A DNA stretch of 64,000 bases from Anaerolineales bacterium (GTDB lineage: Bacteria > Chloroflexota > Anaerolineae > Anaerolineales > UBA11858). Below are positions 41,179 to 50,896 of this stretch, piece by piece (the stretch's first letter is position 1; each line of letters starts with the position of its first letter). The notes under the pieces are model-generated. The model was given only the letters and a program-made list of their open reading frames with translations, was not told the origin of the DNA and ran no database searches. The DNA is taken from contig JBARSJ010000071.1 in assembly GCA_049644685.1 (NCBI GenBank), positions 35,829-99,828 of the forward strand, given 5' to 3'. Position numbers and translations under genes: made by a program.

Positions 41179-41255
41179 AATCGCAGCTAGCTGTAGAACC
41201 CATCTTCGGGGGAGAACAGCCTTTATCTTCTCAACTGCCCTGATATTCCAAGATT

Positions 41256-41310
41256 AAAGGAAGCGGTATCCTTCTGAGGATACCGTTTCCAGGGTTGTGG
41301 GGCTCCTGCT
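41256..41310. repeat. 55-bp direct repeat, copy 1 (contains 13-bp-stem hairpin)
   Basis: AAAGGAAGCGGTATCCTTCTGAGGATACCGTTTCCAGGGTTGTGGGGCTCCTGCT; 52/55 identical to 41501-41555. Confidence 0.9.
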
Positions 41311-41335
41311 CTAGCGTTGTAAACAAACTCCGTGG

Positions 41336-41448
41336 GATAAATCCCCCGGCTAAAAACTGCGCCCGTTGGGCTTACAATCATAGACTGAGTATTAGTTTAG
41401 CCCAATTTATTGGGCGTTGTTTTTAGCCCGGTCATTCATGACCGGGTG
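41336..41448. repeat. structured ~113-nt repeat, copy B
   Basis: Collinear with 32039-32152; hairpin stems differ by paired substitutions (CCCGGTCAT..ATGACCGGG vs CCCGGACAT..ATGTCCGGG). Confidence 0.75.
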
Positions 41449-41500
41449 AGAGAGGGAATGGTTTCCTTTCTCTACCGATCAAGGGAGGGATCTCAATATC

Positions 41501-41555
41501 AAAGGAAGCGGTATCCTTCTGAGGATACCGCTTCCGGGGTTGTGGGGCTCCCGCT
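41501..41555. repeat. 55-bp direct repeat, copy 2 (perfect hairpin GGAAGCGGTATCC-ttctga-GGATACCGCTTCC)
   Basis: Lies just downstream of the minus-strand gene 41589-42104; on the minus strand the hairpin is followed by TTTGATATT. Confidence 0.9.
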
Positions 41556-41588
41556 TCCAAGTTTGTTCCCAGATCAATCCTGGGTTAG

Positions 41589-42104
41589 CTAAACAAATCT
41601 ATCATCTGATAATTTTCCCCCAACTCTTCTTTTGTTTTTTTCCAACCACCCCACTCTATCTGCTTCCGGCTGATCAAAGTAGGGAATATAAGGTTTGATA
41701 TCCAACAGCGGGGTCCCATCCAGGATATCCACATTGGCAATGGTGAGAATGTTCTGCTTGATTTCCAGCAATTTTACAATTGATAATCCAATGCCATTCG
41801 GCCGCCTGGGTGCCCGCGTCGCAAATACACCATGTTCTATATCTTCCAGAAATGGCTTCAGGAGCAATTCGGGATCACCTGCCTGATGAAAATAATAGAG
41901 CAAAATCAGATGTGAGAATCCTTCCAGATCCTGTAAACCTTCCTGAAGTGCTGGATCAAGAATCACCTTGCCTTCTACGCCTTCAGCCGCGCTGGGCTGA
42001 ATGGGCATGCCGGATAAATCCTGAAACGGAGTGTGGATAATTCCAATTGAACTAAAGGTAATCCTCTTCTCTTCCATTAGATTTCTCTTATATATCCTAG
42101 CCAC
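41589..42104 (-). CDS. trmO: TsaA/TrmO-family tRNA methyltransferase-like protein
   Basis: IGIIHTPF, GFSHLILLYYFH, RAPRRPNGIG, GTPLLDIKPY motifs of the UPF0066/TsaA family. Confidence 0.8.
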   Translation of the reverse strand: MARIYKRNLMEEKRITFSSIGIIHTPFQDLSGMPIQPSAAEGVEGKVILDPALQEGLQDLEGFSHLILLYYFHQAGDPELLLKPFLEDIEHGVFATRAPRRPNGIGLSIVKLLEIKQNILTIANVDILDGTPLLDIKPYIPYFDQPEADRVGWLEKNKRRVGGKLSDDRFV

Positions 42105-42930
42105 TAGATGGGATTTGAGTAATTAAACGAACTCCTGCCTGATGAATCTGCCGGAAGTTACCTCCCTGCCCCAGGGCAGCTAACACTGCAGGAATATTTT
42201 CCACCGTAGAACCTGCCAGCAGGTTTGCTCCGAATTCATAAAGGACAGGGGATAACGGTGTTGAAGGACCGAGAACGATTACATACGCTTCAGGTTTACA
42301 TAGAGATAATAACTCGGGGAGGGTATGGTTGATAAAAGTCATCCCGGTGATGGCAACCAGGTCAGCCCTGGGAAGTATTTCCGGGGCAGCGCTGGCAGGC
42401 AAATCATCTCCAGAAGGACTCTGATCCAGCACGGTAAACTCCCCCAAATCCTCTTTTAATTGATCCACAAAAGGAAAATGCCCGATAAGAACAGCATTCT
42501 TTCCCCTGCCGTGCTCCAAAATTACGCTTTCGGCATTCAGATCCACCCATGATGATGGATCCCGGGGCAGCAAGGCATTAATAGCGGCGCATCCTATGCT
42601 TCGCCGCAAGGGGATTTCCGACTCAATCCATCCTGCCAGTGTTAAAGCTGAGTTAGTTTCCAGATTTCCCGGATCGGGAATTGTCGGCTCCCCGGTATGA
42701 CCGTGATCACCGGAAAGTGTAGAAGCTAACCCGCACTGTTGGTGGTCCCCTTTATCCACCACAACAGATGTCCATTTTAATCCAATCCGAACTTCAACGA
42801 GCTGATGATTCGACAGGGTATTTAGTATTTTGTTATACATAGTCTCTCTGGGATCGATTTTAATCAAGGGTGAAGTAATAAAATTATTATACTTTATGAC
42901 CACCCTTGAGGTCAGTTCCCAGTACTCCAA
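42097..42930 (-). CDS. DUF364/DUF4213-like Rossmann-fold protein (putative metal-chelation domain)
   Basis: LIGHFPFV...ADLVAITGMTFINHTLPELL pattern; family call from memory. Confidence 0.6.
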   Translation of the reverse strand: MEYWELTSRVVIKYNNFITSPLIKIDPRETMYNKILNTLSNHQLVEVRIGLKWTSVVVDKGDHQQCGLASTLSGDHGHTGEPTIPDPGNLETNSALTLAGWIESEIPLRRSIGCAAINALLPRDPSSWVDLNAESVILEHGRGKNAVLIGHFPFVDQLKEDLGEFTVLDQSPSGDDLPASAAPEILPRADLVAITGMTFINHTLPELLSLCKPEAYVIVLGPSTPLSPVLYEFGANLLAGSTVENIPAVLAALGQGGNFRQIHQAGVRLITQIPSSG

Positions 42931-43001
42931 TTGATCCTGGATATACCTCTCAAGGGGTTCAGATTGGGGATTAATATCCCTTAATCATTTCCCAAAGGAG
43001 T

Positions 43002-43030
43002 TTGACCAAACTCTACCCACACGGTATAAT
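43002..43030 (+). promoter_or_regulatory. sigma70-type promoter for rpmH operon
   Basis: TTGACC (43002-43007) - 17 nt - TATAAT (43025-43030), 45 nt upstream of rpmH ATG. Confidence 0.7.
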
Positions 43031-43075
43031 GTTTCGTCGGTAGTTGAGTTTGAACTTTGAAGGAGTTACAAGAAG

Positions 43076-43252
43076 ATGCCAAAACGGACATATCAACCGA
43101 AAATAAGACGTCGGGCCCGGGTCCATGGATTCCGGTCTCGCATGAGCAGCAAAGGCGGACAAAATGTGCTAAAGCGGCGCCGATTAAAGGGCCGTTATGT
43201 ACTTGCGCATACAAAAAACAATCACGTTAAGAAAACAAACTGGAATAGTTAA
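43076..43252 (+). CDS. rpmH: 50S ribosomal protein L34 (with ~12-aa C-terminal extension)
   Basis: Not in ORF track (58 aa). My translation: [58 protein letters not shown]; AGGAG RBS at 43061. Confidence 0.9.
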   Translation: MPKRTYQPKIRRRARVHGFRSRMSSKGGQNVLKRRRLKGRYVLAHTKNNHVKKTNWNS

Positions 43253-43273
43253 CTCTGATTAAATAAGATTCTT

Positions 43274-43624
43274 GTGGAACGGAGATTTCGCCTAACAAGT
43301 TCAATTGAGATCATGCGGGTGCGGCGATCTGGAAAATCATATCCCCACCCGCTTCTTATTTTGATAATTCAGAAAGTGAACCACCCGCTCTCCCGATTTG
43401 CGGTCACAGCAGGGATTTCAGTAGGAAACGCAGTCAAGCGAAACAGAGCGAAACGGATTATCCGGGCAGCTTTGAGAGAGTTAATCCAGGATATTGAACC
43501 CGGATATAACGTAGTCTTAATTGCCAGGAAACCGCTAACGGAATCCAATTGCAGAGAAACGAAAGAATCGTTAGAATCTCTTTTCAGGAAAGCTGAAATA
43601 TTTCTAACTCAAACCAATGAATAA
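43274..43624 (+). CDS. rnpA: ribonuclease P protein component
   Basis: Follows rpmH; [17 protein letters not shown]...[15 protein letters not shown] (RNR motif region); GTG start. Confidence 0.85.
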   Translation: MERRFRLTSSIEIMRVRRSGKSYPHPLLILIIQKVNHPLSRFAVTAGISVGNAVKRNRAKRIIRAALRELIQDIEPGYNVVLIARKPLTESNCRETKESLESLFRKAEIFLTQTNE

Positions 43625-43922
43625 TGAGATCAGCATAAAACAAGCCGAACAGCACCATTCACCCCAGGATCCTCTCCTAAAAGATCTTGAGCTGACAATC
43701 TGGACGGTATTTAGATTCCCAGTTCTGGCTTTAATTCTTCTCTATCAGAAGACCTTATCCAGAGCTTTGCCCGGTAATACCTGCAAGTATTACCCCAGCT
43801 GCTCACATTATTCATACCAGGCAATCTACAAATACGGAGTACTCCGGGGCGCGCTGATGGGGAGCTGGCGAATTCTTCGCTGCAATCCTTTTTCCCAAGG
43901 AGGAATTGACCCTGTTCCGTAA
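43617..43922 (+). CDS. yidD: membrane protein insertion efficiency factor YidD
   Basis: YQKTLS...[19 protein letters not shown]...RILRCNPF...GGIDPVP. Confidence 0.85.
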   Translation: MNNEISIKQAEQHHSPQDPLLKDLELTIWTVFRFPVLALILLYQKTLSRALPGNTCKYYPSCSHYSYQAIYKYGVLRGALMGSWRILRCNPFSQGGIDPVP

Positions 43923-43937
43923 ATTAACCAGCAGAAA

Positions 43938-45029
43938 GTGAATATGAAAACAATGAAAAAATATTTCCTAATCCTACTCTTAGCCCTGATTGTCATCTCG
44001 TTGAGCGCCTGCACAGGCCGGCGCGTCGCAGCAACTGGATGGTCCGAGATCACCCTCAAAGAGGATATCGTTTATTTCTCTTATGGTCCCCAGGTTTATG
44101 CGCTCAATGTGAAAACCGGGGCACAACAATGGGTATACCCTGTAGAAACGGAAACCGGCGTAGATTTTTATGCGGCGCCTGTGTTTGCTGATAATGAGAC
44201 CCAGTTGATTGTTGCCAGTTATGACAGCAATCTTTACAGTATTGATCCAGCTACAGGCAGAGAAAATTGGTCGTTTACCAATGCTGAAAACCGCTACGTC
44301 GCGGCTCCCCTGGTCACTGAGAGGGGAATATTCGCCCCATCATCTGACAGCAAACTCTACGGTGTAGATTTAAACGGAATCCCGCTCTGGGAGCCATTCG
44401 AAACCGGAGAACCAATTTGGGCTTCTCCTGCCTGGTCTGAAAGCTGTGGATGCATTTATCTGGCATCAATGGATCACATCCTTTATGCCATCAGCCCAGA
44501 AACAGGTTCTCTTCTGTGGAAAACTGAGGATCTAGGCGGACCCATAGTCAGCCAACCTGCAGTATCGGAGGAAAGCGGACTGGTTATCGTCAGCACGTTT
44601 AACAATGAGATCGTTGCCCTGGATGAGAAAAGCCACAGGGTTGTATGGCGATATAATACTTCAGATTGGGCCTGGGCAAGCCCGATGATTGACGGGGAAC
44701 AGGTTTATATCAGTGACCTTTCCGGCACTTTTTACGCCCTGGAATTGGAAACAGGAAATCTGCTCTGGCAGCTGCAGCCCGGCGGAAGTATAGTTTCAGC
44801 TCCGCTGGTACAGGATGGACAAATCTATTTTTCCACCGATGCCAGCAGCCTGGTGGTTGTCAGTACGGATGGTGTTGTGCAGCGCAATCTGCCCATCGAA
44901 GGCAAACTGTACTCCAGCCCTGCATCGAACGGAGATATCATCCTGCTTGCTCCCTCAGAAGCGGAATTCTTCCTGATCGCGCTCAATCAGAATGGAACCC
45001 AAATCTGGGAATATCCCCAGGCTGAATAA
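43938..45029 (+). CDS. PQQ-like beta-propeller repeat lipoprotein
   Basis: Lipobox LSAC; repeated ...LYA(L/I)...TG...LW... blades (8 or so). Confidence 0.8.
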   Translation: MNMKTMKKYFLILLLALIVISLSACTGRRVAATGWSEITLKEDIVYFSYGPQVYALNVKTGAQQWVYPVETETGVDFYAAPVFADNETQLIVASYDSNLYSIDPATGRENWSFTNAENRYVAAPLVTERGIFAPSSDSKLYGVDLNGIPLWEPFETGEPIWASPAWSESCGCIYLASMDHILYAISPETGSLLWKTEDLGGPIVSQPAVSEESGLVIVSTFNNEIVALDEKSHRVVWRYNTSDWAWASPMIDGEQVYISDLSGTFYALELETGNLLWQLQPGGSIVSAPLVQDGQIYFSTDASSLVVVSTDGVVQRNLPIEGKLYSSPASNGDIILLAPSEAEFFLIALNQNGTQIWEYPQAE

Positions 45030-45085
45030 GAAGAGGACCTAAAACAGATCCTGGATTCTTACAACTAACAAACAGGAAAAAATAT

Positions 45086-45847
45086 ATGTGGGATACCTTT
45101 ATTACCTTAATGATTACCGTATTGCTTTTCATCTATGATTTTGTCGGTCAGAATTTCGGCTGGGCAATCATTATTTTCACCGTTTTGGTCCGGGTTGTGA
45201 CCTATCCCCTAACCGCCAAGCAGATGAAAAGCAGCAAAGCCATGCAGGAATTGCAAGGTTCAAAAAAATGGAATGATATCCAGAAGAAATACAAGGGTGA
45301 CAAGGAAGCACTGGCTCAAAAACAAATGGAAATCTACAAGGAGATGGGAATCAGCCCCTTTGGTTCCTGTCTGCCGTTATTGGTCCAATTTCCAGTTATC
45401 ATCGGACTCTACCAGGCAATCATCCGCGCCCTGGCAGTGACGCCAATCCAGCTGGTTAATCTTTCCAAGCATATCAGCAATGGCGCTGACTTGATTCCGA
45501 TCCACAGTCAATTCTGGTGGATGGACCTCAGCGAACCAGAACGGCTGACCATGTTCGGAGTTGCTGTTCCGATACTTGCAATCCTGGTCGTTATCACATC
45601 ATATATTCAGACCAAGATGGTCACTCCGCCCACACAGGGAACCGCTGACGCTGGCGGTCAGGGCGCCCAGATGACCAAGGCAATGAGCCTTTATATGCCC
45701 TTCTTTATGGGATACTTGGCGCTGACTTTTGCCTCCGGGCTGGCTTTATATTTCATCGCAACCAATCTCGCCACCATCGCTCAATACGTTCTGACTGGTC
45801 AGGCGGATTTTAAGAACATTCTGCCAAAACTTCCAGCAAGGTCATAA
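45086..45847 (+). CDS. yidC: YidC/Oxa1-family membrane protein insertase (short form)
   Basis: GWAIIIFTVLVRVVTYPLTAKQMKS, GCLPLLVQFPVIIGLY motifs; rnpA-yidD-yidC context. Confidence 0.9.
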   Translation: MWDTFITLMITVLLFIYDFVGQNFGWAIIIFTVLVRVVTYPLTAKQMKSSKAMQELQGSKKWNDIQKKYKGDKEALAQKQMEIYKEMGISPFGSCLPLLVQFPVIIGLYQAIIRALAVTPIQLVNLSKHISNGADLIPIHSQFWWMDLSEPERLTMFGVAVPILAILVVITSYIQTKMVTPPTQGTADAGGQGAQMTKAMSLYMPFFMGYLALTFASGLALYFIATNLATIAQYVLTGQADFKNILPKLPARS

Positions 45848-45896
45848 CAGTTAAGCCGTTATACCTAAAATGGAATGATGGCACCTATGAGGTATT

Positions 45897-46607
45897 ATGA
45901 AAAACAATCGCGCAACCCTCGAAGTTATTGCTCAGACTGTAGAAGAAGCAATCGAAAAGGGAATAAAAGATTTAGGATTACCACGCGAAGCGGTAGAGAT
46001 AACCGTACTGGACGAAGGCGGACAGGGGATCCTGGGGATAGGGGCCAGGCAGGCCCGGGTCCGGATCTCCATTCTCAACGATGTTGAGGAAGTGCAGGCA
46101 GAAGAAAGCCCTTCCCAGACTCCAGCATCCGAGGAAGATTCAACCTTAAGACTTACAGAAGAAATTGTTTCAGAATTACTTGAGAAAATGAATTTAACGG
46201 CGAAGGTTGTCGCAAAGTATGGTGAAGAAAGCGAAAAATTGCCGTTCCGACCTATCCTGGTTGATGTCTCAGGAAATGATTTGAGCATTCTAATTGGTCA
46301 TCGGGCGAAAACATTAAATGCCTTGCAGTACATCACCCGATTAATCCTGGGTAAGGAACTTGAACATGGAATCCCGCTCAGCATTGACGTGGAAGGATAC
46401 CGGGAAAGGCGAGAGATGCAGGTCCGGCAGTTAGCCAGCCGGGTTGCCGAACAGGTAATGGACACAAACCGTGAACAGGCGCTTGAACCCATGCCGCCCA
46501 ATGAACGCCGATTTGCTCACATAGAACTTCAGGACAATTCCTCAGTTTACACAGAAAGTGTCGGCAAGGAACCTTACCGGAAAGTCGTCATTCATCCCGC
46601 TGAATAA
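45897..46607 (+). CDS. jag: Jag-family RNA-binding protein (KH + R3H domains)
   Basis: N-terminal Jag_N, GHRAKTLNALQY (KH GxxG-like), C-terminal R3H region ERRFAHIEL. Confidence 0.85.
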   Translation: MKNNRATLEVIAQTVEEAIEKGIKDLGLPREAVEITVLDEGGQGILGIGARQARVRISILNDVEEVQAEESPSQTPASEEDSTLRLTEEIVSELLEKMNLTAKVVAKYGEESEKLPFRPILVDVSGNDLSILIGHRAKTLNALQYITRLILGKELEHGIPLSIDVEGYRERREMQVRQLASRVAEQVMDTNREQALEPMPPNERRFAHIELQDNSSVYTESVGKEPYRKVVIHPAE

Positions 46608-46630
46608 ACTTGGCAGGACAATAAAACCAA

Positions 46631-46667
46631 CTGGCAGGGAATAAGTCCCCGTGCCAGTTTTTTTTTC
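46631..46667 (+). terminator. terminator after jag
   Basis: CTGGCAGGG-aataagt-CCCCGTGCCAG (one bulge) followed by T9. Confidence 0.6.
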
Positions 46668-46697
46668 TGAATTTTCGCTTTCAGGTATAATTCCACC

Positions 46698-47546
46698 ATG
46701 AACCTCCAACCGGGGAAGACAGCCGTTGATTATCTAATAGTCGGTCATATTACCCGGGATATCATAGAAAAAGGGTTCAGACTGGGAGGCACAGCCGTAT
46801 ACAGCGGGATACTCGCAAAAAGAATGGGCTTGAATGTGGGGCTGGTCACCTCTTATAATGAGGAAACCCCGGTTGAACCGCTGAACGGGATTCAGATTAT
46901 CAACCAGCGGGCGAAGAGGACAACAACCTTCAAAAACAACTATACTCCCTCCGGCAGGGAGCAATTCATTCTTGAGAGAGCCAAACCTTTAGGTTTGAAC
47001 CAAATCCCGGCAGAATGGCGGGTAGCTAAAATTGTTCACCTGGGCCCGGTTGCCCGCGAAATCAGCCTGGAAATCGGGTTTAATTTTCCAGGTGCAGCCC
47101 TGTGCTTTTCTCTCCAGGGCTGGCTGAGAGAATGGGATCGGAAAGGATTAATTCAACCTTCACCTTTCCCCAAGATGAATAATTCCTTTGCAGAGAACAC
47201 GGCCGCATTTCTGAGCATTGAGGATCTGGGATTCAACCGGTCATTAATCGATCCGCTTCGCTCTCTTTTTCCCCTGCTGGTCCTCACCAAGGGGAATACC
47301 GGGGCAGAGATTTTTTGGCAGGAAAAGACCATTTCCATCCCTGTTAAGCCGAAGGATGAGGTGGATCCAACCGGAGCTGGTGATATATTTGCGGCAGCAT
47401 TTATGATAAATTATGTGCTTAAGGGAAAAAAACTGCTTGAATCTGCGCAAACCGCTTCAGCGCTGGCAGCGATCTCTGTCACCCGACCGGGGATCGAGGG
47501 AATTCCCACAGCGGCAGAGATACAATCCATTCAAGAGGTTCACTGA
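46698..47546 (+). CDS. PfkB-family carbohydrate/nucleoside kinase
   Basis: GGTAVYSG N-terminal motif and DPTGAGDIFAAAF PfkB signature 2. Confidence 0.8.
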   Translation: MNLQPGKTAVDYLIVGHITRDIIEKGFRLGGTAVYSGILAKRMGLNVGLVTSYNEETPVEPLNGIQIINQRAKRTTTFKNNYTPSGREQFILERAKPLGLNQIPAEWRVAKIVHLGPVAREISLEIGFNFPGAALCFSLQGWLREWDRKGLIQPSPFPKMNNSFAENTAAFLSIEDLGFNRSLIDPLRSLFPLLVLTKGNTGAEIFWQEKTISIPVKPKDEVDPTGAGDIFAAAFMINYVLKGKKLLESAQTASALAAISVTRPGIEGIPTAAEIQSIQEVH

Positions 47547-47549
47547 GAT

Positions 47550-48335
47550 ATGGGATTAATTTATACAATTGCCAATCAAAAAGGCGGTGTCGGTAAAACG
47601 ACATCAACGATCAACCTGGGCGCTTTTTTAGCCTATTATGGTAAAAAAGTCCTGCTGGTAGACATTGACCCGCAGGCTAACGCCACCTCCTCGCTGGGAA
47701 TTGACAAGAAAAATACCGCGGGAGGAACCTATGAAGCAATACTGGAAGAAAAAAATATCCGGGATTATATCCTGCACAATCCAAAACTAAGGCTTTCTAT
47801 CCTGCCGGCTTCCCCGGATCTGGCCGGAGCAGAAATTGAGCTGGTGAATGAGGTCGGCCGGGAAACTTTATTAAAGAGAAAACTACTTCCCCTGGCAGAA
47901 GAATACGATTATATCCTGGTGGACTGCCCTCCTTCACTGGGACTGCTCACCCTGAATGGAATAGTAGCCGCTGTGAATGGTATCCTGATTCCTGTGCAGT
48001 GTGAATACCTGGCAATGGAGGGTTTGGGAGACCTGGTCACGACCATCGAGAGGGTTCGCCGGGTGATCTCTCCCGACTTGATTATCCGCGGGGTAATCCT
48101 GACCATGTTTGATGCCCGAACCAACCTGGCCAATGATGTGGTATTGGAAGTGAAAAAACATTTCGAGGAGCAAGTCTTTAACACCATCGTTCCCCGCAGC
48201 ATCCGTCTGGCTGAGGCGCCATCTTATGGCGTCCCGATTTCTCTCTATTCTCCAGGTTCAATCGGGGCCAATGCTTATCAAGAATTGGCAAAGGAAATTC
48301 TGCTGGGAGATGGTCACCAGCTTCCTGAGGTATAA
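47550..48335 (+). CDS. parA: chromosome partitioning ATPase ParA/Soj
   Basis: Deviant Walker A NQKGGVGKTT, DIDPQANAT, VDCPPSLG. Confidence 0.93.
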   Translation: MGLIYTIANQKGGVGKTTSTINLGAFLAYYGKKVLLVDIDPQANATSSLGIDKKNTAGGTYEAILEEKNIRDYILHNPKLRLSILPASPDLAGAEIELVNEVGRETLLKRKLLPLAEEYDYILVDCPPSLGLLTLNGIVAAVNGILIPVQCEYLAMEGLGDLVTTIERVRRVISPDLIIRGVILTMFDARTNLANDVVLEVKKHFEEQVFNTIVPRSIRLAEAPSYGVPISLYSPGSIGANAYQELAKEILLGDGHQLPEV

Positions 48336-48399
48336 TAAGTTCAGATAAAAATAAAGTTCAGATAAATCAATGTAACCAGGGAAAAACCTTCAAAAACAT

Positions 48400-49281
48400 A
48401 TGGCAGCCAAACGACCCGGCCTGGGAAAAGGCCTTGATGCACTCATTCCTATCCATCCTGATGGGGAAATCTTATCCGAATTTGGCGGAGTTCTGGAAGT
48501 TCCGCTGGAGTTGATCGCAGCCAATCCTCATCAACCCCGGAGAGGTTTTGACGAAGACAAATTAAAGGAACTGGCCGCATCCATCAAGGAGCACGGCATC
48601 ATTCAGCCGTTGGTTTTATCAGCCCAAGACCCAGCTGTGAAATCAGATCAAAAATATGCCGTGATTGCCGGTGAACGGCGTTTAAGGGCAGCAAAACTAG
48701 CTGGATTATCGACCGTGCCGGCCATCCTGCGGGAAGCGGACAGCCAGGATCATCTAGTGGTGGCATTAATTGAAAATGTCCAACGAGCAGATCTCAACCC
48801 TCTGGAAGCCGCATCCGCCTACCAAAGCCTCTCGGTTGAGTTTGGCCTCTCCCATGAAGAAATTTCGAAACGGGTGGGCAAAAGCAGAACTGCCGTCACC
48901 AACACTATACGTCTGTTAGATCTGCCCGATGTAGTCCAGCAGGCAGTGCGGAAAAACCAGGTCAGCATGGGTCATGCCCGGGCGCTGCTGGCGCTGCCAA
49001 ATATCAAAGCTCAGAGTTCCGCCCTGCAGACCATCCTGACCCAAGAACTAAATGTGCGGCAGACGGAAGCGCTGGTTAATAAATTCAAGGGTAAAAAGCA
49101 GCCCAAACCTCCCAAAAAGGACACCAAGTCACCTGAGCTTAAATCTCTTGAAGAGGAATTGCAGTCCTCGCTGGGAACAAAAGTCCGCCTGACGCGGAGT
49201 AAAAGCGGCAAGGGAACCATTACCATTCATTATTATTCGGATGAAGAATTCAATACCTTGATCGACCGCTTCCGGAAATAA
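48400..49281 (+). CDS. parB: chromosome partitioning protein ParB/Spo0J
   Basis: NPHQPRR, GIIQPLV, IAGERRLRAAKLAG (ParB box), HTH region, follows parA. Confidence 0.93.
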   Translation: MAAKRPGLGKGLDALIPIHPDGEILSEFGGVLEVPLELIAANPHQPRRGFDEDKLKELAASIKEHGIIQPLVLSAQDPAVKSDQKYAVIAGERRLRAAKLAGLSTVPAILREADSQDHLVVALIENVQRADLNPLEAASAYQSLSVEFGLSHEEISKRVGKSRTAVTNTIRLLDLPDVVQQAVRKNQVSMGHARALLALPNIKAQSSALQTILTQELNVRQTEALVNKFKGKKQPKPPKKDTKSPELKSLEEELQSSLGTKVRLTRSKSGKGTITIHYYSDEEFNTLIDRFRK

Positions 49282-49318
49282 TTAACACCCTGGCTATTCC
49301 CCTCAATTATTAAAACTG

Positions 49319-50896
49319 ATGGAATCTTTCCAGCTGACCAATGCCTGCATCTATACCATGGATCCCCGGCAGCCGCTGGTTTCTTCCCTGGTCTGCCGCA
49401 GCGGAAAGGTGGAACGGGTTCTCGCTGAAGACCCTCTGGATTCCGAAAATTCCCTTGATCTTGGAGGACGGATCGTTCTGCCCGGATTGATCGATGCCCA
49501 TCTGCATCTGAGGCAGTATGCAGAGAGCCTTCAATATATTGATTGTGAGACCAGGACCAAAGAGGAGTGCCTGGAGAAAGTCGCGGAACGGGCTGCCCTT
49601 ACTCAGCCCGGCGAATGGATTCGAGGACACGGCTGGAATCACAATTATTGGTCCGATGGCTATGGCACAGCAGCAGAACTGGATCAAATTTCCCCTCACA
49701 ACCCAGTCTACCTGACCGGTAAATCCCTTCATGTATCCTGGGCTAATTCCGCAGCGCTTAAAATCGCCGGAATCGGGGCCCAGACACTTGATCCGCCTCG
49801 GGGAACCCTGCTAAGGAATGAAAATGGAAGCCCTACAGGAATTCTGTTTGAAGAAGCAGTTAAACTGATTGAAAAAGTCATCCCATCCCCGAGCGTCGAA
49901 GCTGCCGCGGAAGGCATCCGGAAAGCCCAGGAAGAATTATGGAAAATGGGGATCAGTGGAGTTCACGATTTTGACCGCGAGCTTTGTTATCATGCCCTGC
50001 AGTACCTGGCAGACAGAGAGCAGCTTAAACTCAGGGTACAAAAAAGCATCCCCGCAAAATATTTACCAACAGCTATTGAGCTGGGATTAAGAACTGGATT
50101 CGGAACCGATTGGTTGTGGATTGGGGGAGTGAAGGATTTCGCGGATGGCGCTCTGGGTCCGCAAACAGCTGCCATGCTGGAACCTTATCAAGGATCAAGC
50201 ACTAACAGGGGCATGCCGCTGTTAACAGAAGATAAACTGCTTGAATTGGGCATCAGGGCAGCGCTGGGCGGATTTTCCCTGGCAATCCATGCCATCGGTG
50301 ACCAGGCAAACCGGACTGTGCTGAATGCCCTGGAAAAAATTCGGGATTATGAACGGGAACAGGGTATCAATCCCCTACCGCACCGGATTGAACACCTCCA
50401 GCTTCTTGATCCAGAAGATGTTCCCCGCCTGGCTGGACTAAACATCACTGCCTCCATGCAGCCGATCCATGCCACTTCGGATATGGAGATGGCGGATAAA
50501 TACTGGGGGAAAAGGACCTCTTATTCTTATGCTTCCCAGCTGCAGTTTCAGCAGGGCGCACGGGTAGTGTTTGGATCGGATGCCCCGGTAGACAGCCCCA
50601 ATCCATTCTGGAGCATTCACGCCGCAGTGACCCGCCGGAAAGCCGACGGATTCCCGGGTCCGAACGGCTGGCATCCGGAGCTGCGTGTTCCGCTTGGCAA
50701 AGCCCTGGAAGCTTACACAATTGGACCGGCTGCCGCAGGGGGAAAATCCGGTCAACAAGGCAGCCTTGCACCAGGATACTGGGCTGACTTGATTGTGCTG
50801 GAAAAAGACCCCTTCAGCTGTTCTGAGGATGAATTGAGGGAGTTAAGACCCTCGGCGACGATGATCGGCGGCGAGTGGGTCTGGCGGGAATTCTGA
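49319..50896 (+). CDS. amidohydrolase-family (Amidohydro_3 / YtcJ-like) metal-dependent hydrolase
   Basis: PGLIDAHLHL metal-binding HxH, AIHAIGD, IEHLQL, FGSDAPV. Confidence 0.85.
   Translation: MESFQLTNACIYTMDPRQPLVSSLVCRSGKVERVLAEDPLDSENSLDLGGRIVLPGLIDAHLHLRQYAESLQYIDCETRTKEECLEKVAERAALTQPGEWIRGHGWNHNYWSDGYGTAAELDQISPHNPVYLTGKSLHVSWANSAALKIAGIGAQTLDPPRGTLLRNENGSPTGILFEEAVKLIEKVIPSPSVEAAAEGIRKAQEELWKMGISGVHDFDRELCYHALQYLADREQLKLRVQKSIPAKYLPTAIELGLRTGFGTDWLWIGGVKDFADGALGPQTAAMLEPYQGSSTNRGMPLLTEDKLLELGIRAALGGFSLAIHAIGDQANRTVLNALEKIRDYEREQGINPLPHRIEHLQLLDPEDVPRLAGLNITASMQPIHATSDMEMADKYWGKRTSYSYASQLQFQQGARVVFGSDAPVDSPNPFWSIHAAVTRRKADGFPGPNGWHPELRVPLGKALEAYTIGPAAAGGKSGQQGSLAPGYWADLIVLEKDPFSCSEDELRELRPSATMIGGEWVWREF

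Noticed and set aside
42032-42040. Perfect DnaA box TGTGGATAA, considered as possible oriC
   Set aside because: It is a single box inside the trmO-like coding region, and I saw no cluster or AT-rich unwinding element nearby.
42981-43214. 77-aa minus-strand ORF
   Set aside because: It is antisense to rpmH (L34), which is unmistakable on the plus strand though below the track length cutoff.
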